Origin: a virus
DNA: 64,000 nucleotides
Reading direction: 5' to 3' (one strand)
Virus record (IMG/VR): IMGVR_UViG_3300048686_000449
Location: 1 to 64,000 of that record
Of the stretch, positions 56,984-64,000 are shown piece after piece (within the stretch, counting starts at the first letter, position 1; every line of letters starts with the position of its first letter). A program made the translations under genes and the position numbers. The notes beneath the pieces are model-generated. The model ran no database searches. It saw only the letters and a program-made list of their open reading frames with translations, and was not told where the DNA came from.

Positions 56984-58210
56984 TTATTTCTCCCAATTTT
57001 TGGCGGATTGAAAATTGGCCCTGGAAAAAATCAGTCTGTCAATCAATTTTACAGCATTACCTTTCTTCAAGTTCACCGCCACAAAGCCTTCTGGTGTCGT
57101 GGCTCTGAACCCAGTATCGGTGCGCAGGAAGGTTCCGAGACTCTTGATCTGTTGTATTTTTCTGACAATCACCAACTTAGCTTGAACTAAGGCATTCATC
57201 AATTCAATCATGACGATTAATGAGGCATAGTTCGTGCGCAAAAAGCCAATCGTTTGCGTCTTTTCTTTCGTGCGATTCGCTTTTGTTTCAGCTTTCTTCG
57301 CACTCAAAATCTCTTGATTCAGTTCTGTTTCATAGGTCCGAATAAACTGATTGATAAACAGAGGTGGCTTCTCAATACTCTGCCCCTGACGAATTTGCGC
57401 ATTCTGAAACTTTTTGAGTGCAGCGATAATCTTTTCCTGAACCAATAATTGACCCATAAACCGTGAAGGAAGCTGTTTCACTAATCTCTGCGCCTCAACA
57501 ATATGATCTGTCACATCCTGCGTTTCTTCTTTGGTGAAGGTCGCGAGTCCACTTTCATCGACAAATGAGGCATCACGGAACCAGACCGATTTGATATGAT
57601 GAAGTGAACCGATATCGACGTTGAATGAGGCTTGCATATCCGCCATCGTTTTCCCATGATAGGAGGTATGGAACACAATTCCAATTTCAGCCTCAAGCAT
57701 CCGTTTGATCAGCGTTGAGTCCTTCGGGACCGCATAGACAATCGTATTTGGTTGGAAGGTGTAATAGTGCTCGCCATCGATGGTTTCTGATTTCAGATCG
57801 CCTTTGGTGAATAACATATCACCTTGCAGCACACCCTTGATGCCAATCTCCGAGAGATATCGCAGCGCCACCTTGAGTTTCTTATTCAATCCTTCGGCGG
57901 GGTGATTTTTATCAATATCGGCATCAGTGAAGTTCAACTTCGGCGATTTCGCAAACACTGACTTGGTGCCGACGAAAAACTTTTTGGATTCAGGATCAAT
58001 ACCGCAAACGATAGCAGGTGCGCCATCCCACTTGGTCGTGATATTGATTTGTTGATCAACATCACCTGACAACATATCGCGCAATGACCGCAAGAAATTG
58101 ACGGCATCATTGGCGCCAGCCAAGCCACGATTCAACACCTCATCTTCGAGGTGTTCCAGATGGACGTTTTTACCTTCTTTAGATTCTTTGAGGAACTGAG
58201 AGAATTTCAT
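56984..58210 (-). CDS. Conserved T4-like protein with ligase-like motifs (DUF6267-like)
   Basis: HLEHLED, TKWDG, QGDMLF, PEGFV, VKLIDR; capsid-targeting-like start MKFSQFLKE. Confidence 0.7.
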   Translation of the reverse strand: MKFSQFLKESKEGKNVHLEHLEDEVLNRGLAGANDAVNFLRSLRDMLSGDVDQQINITTKWDGAPAIVCGIDPESKKFFVGTKSVFAKSPKLNFTDADIDKNHPAEGLNKKLKVALRYLSEIGIKGVLQGDMLFTKGDLKSETIDGEHYYTFQPNTIVYAVPKDSTLIKRMLEAEIGIVFHTSYHGKTMADMQASFNVDIGSLHHIKSVWFRDASFVDESGLATFTKEETQDVTDHIVEAQRLVKQLPSRFMGQLLVQEKIIAALKKFQNAQIRQGQSIEKPPLFINQFIRTYETELNQEILSAKKAETKANRTKEKTQTIGFLRTNYASLIVMIELMNALVQAKLVIVRKIQQIKSLGTFLRTDTGFRATTPEGFVAVNLKKGNAVKLIDRLIFSRANFQSAKNWEK

Positions 58211-58223
58211 CACGTGATGACCT

Positions 58224-58799
58224 CTATAAGTAATGCAGATACGTGCCTATGATATATTTAGGGTTGCTGATCGGTTTATTCCCAGCATGGAGAAACATCC
58301 ACATTGGTGGGAATATCAATAACTGTCCTTGAATGGGTTTCACGACCCGTGCGGATCCATTTGATAAGAATCGAGGAAACACTGTTTCTCCACCACTCTG
58401 AACGTCGTTCAAATACCAAAAGCACACCAAAAACCGTCGTGCCGAAGAATGATCTCCAACATCGACATGAAGCCGAAATTCATCATTCGTGTTTGGTATA
58501 TACCGTTTGATACGAATTTGTTCAAATCCATATTGCTCAGGTAATTGGCAAGAATCTAATCCAATATCTTTCGAATAAAGCTGCAAGACATCGATAGTTT
58601 TATTCACAAGGAGGTCGTGAATATCATGCCAATCAGATACTGAACTAACATTGATTTCAGTGAATGACCGATGACCTGGCATTGAAATTTTTTGTTGATT
58701 CGCTGTATCCTGTTCAAACCGACGGATAATCATATTGCAGGTCTCAGCATCCAAAGAGGATGGGTATTCACGAACCAAACTGTTCAAGTCTTTTGTCAT
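58224..58799 (-). CDS. 2OG-Fe(II) oxygenase (prolyl-4-hydroxylase-like)
   Basis: HVD...WYLND...GGET.F...IFPP...H...KY. Confidence 0.85.
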   Translation of the reverse strand: MTKDLNSLVREYPSSLDAETCNMIIRRFEQDTANQQKISMPGHRSFTEINVSSVSDWHDIHDLLVNKTIDVLQLYSKDIGLDSCQLPEQYGFEQIRIKRYIPNTNDEFRLHVDVGDHSSARRFLVCFWYLNDVQSGGETVFPRFLSNGSARVVKPIQGQLLIFPPMWMFLHAGNKPISNPKYIIGTYLHYL

Positions 58800-59150
58800 A
58801 GAGTCGCAATCTTGAGTTTTTTATTCAGTCCCTCGCCTGGATGATTTTGATCAATATCCGCATCAGTGAAGTTTAACTTGGGAGATTGGGCAAAGACTGA
58901 TTTGGTGCCGACGAAAAACTTTTTGGATGTGGGATCAATACCACAAAATGACCGCACGTGCGCCATCCCATTTGGTAGTGATATTTACTCGACGATCTGC
59001 GTCTCCCGACAACATATCGCGCAATGAGCGCAGAAAATTCACTGCATCAGTCGCTCCCGACAGACCACGGTTAATCACCTCGTCCTCAAGGTGCTCGAGA
59101 TGGACGTTTTTACCTTCTTTAGATTCTGTAAGATATTGAAGAAATTTCAT
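58796..59150 (-). pseudogene. Frameshifted, truncated duplicate of the 5' end of 56984-58210
   Basis: Homology continues past the stop in a shifted frame (CGIDPTSKKFFVGTKSVF...GLNKKLK) and ends at the oxygenase start. Confidence 0.8.
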
Positions 59151-60265
59151 TACAATTGAATCCCTAGTTTATCACGAACTCTATCCCAAGAGGCTTTACT
59201 ACGAAACGCATATTCGTCCCCCACATGATAAGTATCTAATTGAAATACTTTAGTAGCATCTGCGGTTGTCTGTAGGTGAAATTGAGGTATACCATCTTTC
59301 GTCAACCCCATTTTAATGATATTCAGATCTGGAAATAGAGCTTTCATGATATCATCAAATTTAAAATCTGATACTGAAGATATGTACTTAATCATCCCGA
59401 ATACTACATTAACACTCAAAAATCCATACCCATCTTTATCTTTTTTAGCCATAGCTTTAGTTTCTTGCTTCTTCTGAGTAGAAATCTTATCAAATACATA
59501 CTCAGTTAAAAAAGATTCGTATGCTTTTTGATTAGATAACTTCAACTTAGAGATATACTCTTCTTTATTTTTTTCCAATTTAACGGCATCTGCTGCGAAA
59601 TTAACGTTCCTAAAAATATTATAGACCTTCGAATCAAATCCTTCAGCCAACTTTTTCTTTTCCATCATCAACCCAAAAGCATTAACAACTCCAGAAAACA
59701 TCCCCCCATCCGTTAACGCCCTCAGCACATCTATCTCTACCTGAAAATTACGAAAGTCTGCCTGTGTTTTCATTTCGGTCATACGCTCAATAAACAGCCT
59801 CGGAACTAAGGGATTAGAACCACCCTTTAATGCCTTTGAGCTAAACCCATAATGAATTCCGTCTTTCACAAAGAAATCAAATATTTCATAATTTTGTCTA
59901 GTCGGAAACACAATATTATGCATCTTCTCTGATGTACTTTTTTGTAGAACAGTCAAAGCAAAAAAAGGACCAAGAACTTCACCGAAATTTTTAATGATAT
60001 CGGTATCAGGAATATTATTTTTCTTGTACAATGATGCTAAAGGTATCGTTTTTTTCCCACCCATATATTCAACAAGGGCAATAAGATATTCTTTTGATCC
60101 GCGATCCAAAGACTTAATAATATTAACCTTTTCCACCAACAGCTGTTGGTATTTACCGATAGGAATCACCCAAAACTTATCGTTCGATTTTCTGACCAAA
60201 GAGGGAATGTCTTGTGATCTTTCGCGTTCGAACAAACTAGAAGGTTGTAATGATTCCCAAGCCAT
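59150..60265 (-). CDS. AT-rich hypothetical protein, possible PD-(D/E)xK-type nuclease
   Basis: GEVLGP...FPTRQNYEIFDFF...GFSSK; own TATAAATA at 60287-60294. Confidence 0.45.
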   Translation of the reverse strand: MAWESLQPSSLFERERSQDIPSLVRKSNDKFWVIPIGKYQQLLVEKVNIIKSLDRGSKEYLIALVEYMGGKKTIPLASLYKKNNIPDTDIIKNFGEVLGPFFALTVLQKSTSEKMHNIVFPTRQNYEIFDFFVKDGIHYGFSSKALKGGSNPLVPRLFIERMTEMKTQADFRNFQVEIDVLRALTDGGMFSGVVNAFGLMMEKKKLAEGFDSKVYNIFRNVNFAADAVKLEKNKEEYISKLKLSNQKAYESFLTEYVFDKISTQKKQETKAMAKKDKDGYGFLSVNVVFGMIKYISSVSDFKFDDIMKALFPDLNIIKMGLTKDGIPQFHLQTTADATKVFQLDTYHVGDEYAFRSKASWDRVRDKLGIQL

Positions 60266-60312
60266 GAACTCTCCTTATTTACAAAGTATTTATAACTTAA
60301 CCAATAATGAAG

Positions 60313-60714
60313 TTAAAGAGTCACGATCTCTTGAGTTTCAGTGGTATAATACACATGGCGAATTCCGAACTCTGCAATCGCTTTCTGACACCCTTCACAT
60401 GGCTTTGACATTCCTAAACGAGGATTCAAACGATTATCATATTTAATCCGCACACTAATCAACATGGATCGTTTCAATTCCTTCTCAGATAAATGCCAAA
60501 TCGCCCGTTTGATCGCAGCCACTTCAGCATGAAGATAGATGGCATCAGGACGCCGACGATATTTGATCTGAAACGGATGAGTTTTAAAATGATTGGTTCC
60601 AACAGCAACAATTCGATTGCGATACACAATCGCTGCAGCATGACGACTTCGATGATCATCAGCAGTTTCCGCTAACGCTTTCAACATCGGCATATGTCGA
60701 GCAACATCATACAT
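60313..60714 (-). CDS. Zinc-dependent cytidine/deoxycytidylate deaminase-family protein
   Basis: HAE...KPCEGC. Confidence 0.82.
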   Translation of the reverse strand: MYDVARHMPMLKALAETADDHRSRHAAAIVYRNRIVAVGTNHFKTHPFQIKYRRRPDAIYLHAEVAAIKRAIWHLSEKELKRSMLISVRIKYDNRLNPRLGMSKPCEGCQKAIAEFGIRHVYYTTETQEIVTL

Positions 60715-62087
60715 TATACAATTAATCCTGAATATTTTTCAAACTTCTGATGAACCTCTTCGTCATCCTGACCCGAATCAGTCAACTGCTGCGCAGAGTT
60801 TTCCACATCGTACAGTTTCATTTTTGCTCGATCAATCCCAATCACAAACCGTTTATTCGTAGAGGGATCGCCATACCGATTCTTCAACTGTTTGATCATC
60901 ACTTGATTCAACTGCTGCAATTCTTCCGTAACAATCATTGCAAACATAAAATCAGCCGTCGCGGGAAGCCCAAATGATTCGCTCGTATCAGTCAAGTCGG
61001 GGTCAGAATTCGCAAACCCGCTTCGTGTCGTCTGAGTCGCACTGACCAAGGGCACATCAAATTCTACTGCCAGTCCGCGCAACTCCTCGGCGATAGATTT
61101 CACATAAGTGTAAGAGTTGATATTCGCTCCTGGTTTTACCCGAGCAGATGCACAAATATTGATGTAATCGACAAAGATAATATCAGGACGAAAGTTTTTC
61201 TTCAACTGAAGCTCATTCAACAATGATCTAAAATGAAGTACAGAGGCAGACGCCGTTGGATATTCCTTGATGATCAGTTTTCCTTGTGTTCGAGATCGAA
61301 GAGCTTGGAACTTCCTCTCGTAATCAGCTTTAGAAATTTTCTTCAATGTATCCAAATCTAAATTCAACAGATTCGCATCAACTCGTTCCGCAATCCGTTC
61401 TTCAGCCATTTCCATCGTCAGGTACAACACATTCAATCCTGCCGACAAACAGGATGCTGTCATATGACACATCGCCAAAGTTTTCCCGCAACCAGTTCCT
61501 GCGAGAATGATATTCAGTGTCTTTCTCGGCAATCCTCCATTTGTAATCTTGTTGAGGAACTCAAGATCAAACGCAATTCTCGCTTCTTTCTTATGATAAA
61601 ACTCAAATCGTTGCTCAGCCTGTTCAATATAATCATGACCCACATGCGGATCAAACGAGACTCCCAGGGCTTTCTTGAGTAATTCTGGAATCTCACCCTT
61701 GGCACGTTTGGTTTTCTTATCTTCAAGAATCGCCACAGATTCTAGCACCGCATTATAGACTGCTTTGTCCTGGCAGAACGATTCTGTTTGCGAAATCAAC
61801 CACTCAAGATTCGTGTCATCCTGACGATGTTCATGAAGCGTCTTGATAAGATCGTGACTCTGCTGAACTTCATCTTCGCGTAATGAGGTATTCTCTGACA
61901 AAGAGATAATGAGAGCTTCATACGTCGGACACGCTTTATAATCTTCAAGAAATCTACTGATACAGCGAAATAGCACCTTTTCCGAACGTTCAAGGAAATA
62001 TTCTTCTTTGAGAAACGGAAATACTTTTCGCGTGTAGTCTTCGTGATAAATGAGATGACGAAGAATAATGTGTTCAAGACGGGTCAT
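60714..62087 (-). CDS. 41: Replicative DNA helicase (gp41)
   Basis: AGTGCGKT, TMEMAEE, IKEYPT, VDYINI, SATQTTR, QLKNRY. Confidence 0.95.
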   Translation of the reverse strand: MTRLEHIILRHLIYHEDYTRKVFPFLKEEYFLERSEKVLFRCISRFLEDYKACPTYEALIISLSENTSLREDEVQQSHDLIKTLHEHRQDDTNLEWLISQTESFCQDKAVYNAVLESVAILEDKKTKRAKGEIPELLKKALGVSFDPHVGHDYIEQAEQRFEFYHKKEARIAFDLEFLNKITNGGLPRKTLNIILAGTGCGKTLAMCHMTASCLSAGLNVLYLTMEMAEERIAERVDANLLNLDLDTLKKISKADYERKFQALRSRTQGKLIIKEYPTASASVLHFRSLLNELQLKKNFRPDIIFVDYINICASARVKPGANINSYTYVKSIAEELRGLAVEFDVPLVSATQTTRSGFANSDPDLTDTSESFGLPATADFMFAMIVTEELQQLNQVMIKQLKNRYGDPSTNKRFVIGIDRAKMKLYDVENSAQQLTDSGQDDEEVHQKFEKYSGLIV

Positions 62088-62421
62088 TCAATCCCAACTC
62101 CTTAGTTTCAATCATTGAACAAAGAATATCACCAGCAGTGGTATGAAACTCGTGATCTAACTCACTGAATCCCGAACGATTCAAAATCTCTGTAGAGAAA
62201 TGTAATGTTGCAAATCCTTCTGATTCTGTGACATAGGACCATCGATACCGATACCGCGCCCCCGCATACAGACCAGTCAACACTTCAATAAACTGGCCCG
62301 TATCATCTTCACAAATACGATAATCTTTATTCAGAATCTTCTTCGGTTGATCGGGTGGGAAGAATAGATCCGTAAGCCACTTCATACCGCTTGCGAATAA
62401 ATTCTTGAAATACTGTATCAT
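62074..62421 (-). CDS. Hypothetical protein (gp40-like position)
   Basis: Lies between uvsX and 41, as gp40 does in T4; similarity itself not verified. Confidence 0.5.
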   Translation of the reverse strand: MIQYFKNLFASGMKWLTDLFFPPDQPKKILNKDYRICEDDTGQFIEVLTGLYAGARYRYRWSYVTESEGFATLHFSTEILNRSGFSELDHEFHTTAGDILCSMIETKELGLNDPS

Positions 62422-63361
62422 TCAACATATCTCCCCAAAATTCTTTGGTTTGTGTATCTTCAAAACGAAGTTTGGTAGTTTGTCCGTCTTTCTGATACCA
62501 ACCAGGTGACGGTTTCTTGACAAATCCGCCTTCTAACGCAACATCTAACAATCCTGAATATGGTTGAATGCCACCTTCAAATGAGACGGTAATCGGAATC
62601 TTAGACTTCTCACGAACGAATCGTGACTTATCCACATTGATCACGAAATTGTAACCCGTCAACTCAGTGCCATCTTTATCTTGCTGACGACCAATAATCC
62701 AGACGGTATCTGCGGAATACATCACACCAGTACCACCAGACACAATATCTTTGGGATACATACCAATTTCTTTGTAGGTATGATTCACCACCAACATCGG
62801 AATATCCTTGATACGCAGATGCGGAGTCACCATACGAAACAGTGATTTGATAGATTTTGATCGCGAAAAATCGGCAACGTTTTTACCCTCAATTGAATCA
62901 TCCACTTCTTTCTTAGATGCCAGATTCCCTAATGAATCTACAATAATCAGCACTCGTTCTTTTGCTTCAATAGACTGTAACTGCGTCATCACATCATGTT
63001 TCAACTGCTCAATATCAGTGATCGGCGTATGGAGAACACGCTTGGTATCAATTCCAAATGTATCAAAATATCCCTGCGGGCATCCAAACTCAGAGTCATA
63101 AAACAAAATTACACTGTCTTCATATTTCTTCTGATGCGCAGCTGCCATCAAGAGCGCAAAACTGGTCTTGAAATGTTTAGATGGTCCAGCGAATACCGTC
63201 AATCCAGGCGTCAATCCACCATTCAGATGTCCAGATAATGCGACATTGATCATCGGCACATCCGTCTGAATTAGATCCGCATCAGTAAAAAACTTGGACG
63301 ATGACAACACGGAGGCAGAATCAATCGTCGTATTTTTCTTGAGTTTGTCAAGAAGACTCAT
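62327..63361 (-). CDS. uvsX: RecA-like recombinase UvsX
   Basis: AGPSKHFKT, FYDSEFG, DSLGNLASKKE, SGGTG. Confidence 0.95.
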   Translation of the reverse strand: MSLLDKLKKNTTIDSASVLSSSKFFTDADLIQTDVPMINVALSGHLNGGLTPGLTVFAGPSKHFKTSFALLMAAAHQKKYEDSVILFYDSEFGCPQGYFDTFGIDTKRVLHTPITDIEQLKHDVMTQLQSIEAKERVLIIVDSLGNLASKKEVDDSIEGKNVADFSRSKSIKSLFRMVTPHLRIKDIPMLVVNHTYKEIGMYPKDIVSGGTGVMYSADTVWIIGRQQDKDGTELTGYNFVINVDKSRFVREKSKIPITVSFEGGIQPYSGLLDVALEGGFVKKPSPGWYQKDGQTTKLRFEDTQTKEFWGDMLNDTVFQEFIRKRYEVAYGSILPTRSTEEDSE

Positions 63362-63373
63362 ACAAGGCACCTC

Positions 63374-64000
63374 TTATTGAAATGTAGTAATGTTGGATTT
63401 AGGAATCAATACACTTGATTGTACTATAGAAGGGTCATCAAAGTCAAAATTTTTACGATGCATCCAACTCATATTCGCAGCGATCAATAGCAAAATCGCT
63501 AATGGATCAAACACGGCAATGATCAACAAAATCACAATCCGAACCGCTTTATCAACAAATGACGGATCCGACTTGTCATAGAGAAACTCGGCAACATACC
63601 GAATCGGTCCAATTTCACCCATCAAGGTATTTTCCTGTTGCTTCAATGGCAACTTAGTAGTACCAATGTCTTCTAATTGTTTCTGAAGACGACGTAATTC
63701 ACGAGATTCTGCTGGTGTTGGACCGTCTGGGCGTTCCGCTTGTTTTAGAATAAAATTCATACGTGATTGAAGCAATCGTTCACGAGTCTCTAGTGATTGA
63801 ATCTGAATCGTGGTCGTAGACGAGACGGTCGTAGTTTGAAGATGTGCTGATGACAAAAAACCAAAAATCCCCATTGAGGTGATCAACATTAAGACCAATA
63901 CTGCTCCGGTGAAATAGGAGCGCAATCCCCAATGAACGACAGACCAATTACGATAGAGCCAAGACGCTGTGACTAACTTAGCCAGTTCTAATGTAGAACC
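63374..64000 (-). CDS. Conserved phage membrane protein (partial; start beyond window)
   Basis: Frame open to the window end: LELAKLVTASWLY...TSMGIFGFLS...EIGPI...VFDPLAI. Confidence 0.7.
   Translation of the reverse strand, partial: GSTLELAKLVTASWLYRNWSVVHWGLRSYFTGAVLVLMLITSMGIFGFLSSAHLQTTTVSSTTTIQIQSLETRERLLQSRMNFILKQAERPDGPTPAESRELRRLQKQLEDIGTTKLPLKQQENTLMGEIGPIRYVAEFLYDKSDPSFVDKAVRIVILLIIAVFDPLAILLLIAANMSWMHRKNFDFDDPSIVQSSVLIPKSNITTFQ

Noticed and set aside
122-63581. Most plus-strand ORFs in the track
   Set aside because: They lie antisense to well-supported minus-strand genes and show no recognisable motifs; only the two endonucleases were retained.
1-64000. Stop-codon reassignment
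   Set aside because: Core genes are full length under the standard code and no suppressor tRNA is seen.

Overview
A 64-kb segment of a large T4-like (Tevenvirinae-related / environmental myovirus-type) bacteriophage genome, almost entirely encoded on the minus strand. Core genes recognisable from the translations are UvsX, gp41 helicase, gp61 primase, ThyX, NrdA/NrdB, RNase H and ATP-dependent DNA ligase. There are four tRNAs (Trp, Asn, Met, Thr). The first ~12 kb is an accessory region of short ORFs driven by repeated sigma70 promoter cassettes that carry an IHF-consensus box. Notable accessory content: (i) a late-promoter-driven curli/type VIII-like operon (CsgF, CsgG, two curlins, FecR-domain protein, CHASE2 adenylate/guanylate cyclase); (ii) a ~85-nt conserved structured element with opposed late promoters in front of two unrelated, antisense-oriented endonucleases (HNH and GIY-YIG); (iii) a ~150-nt tRNA-shaped RNA with a large inserted domain; (iv) many proteins with T4-like capsid-targeting N-termini and apparent polyproteins punctuated by E-rich linkers; (v) three hexapeptide-repeat paralogs with different repeat numbers; (vi) a glycosyltransferase cluster, a Mom-like protein, a porin, Dps and TusA. 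All product calls come from motif recognition by eye; no database searches were run. The host is probably Gram-negative (porin, CsgG, lipoprotein), but its identity cannot be determined here.
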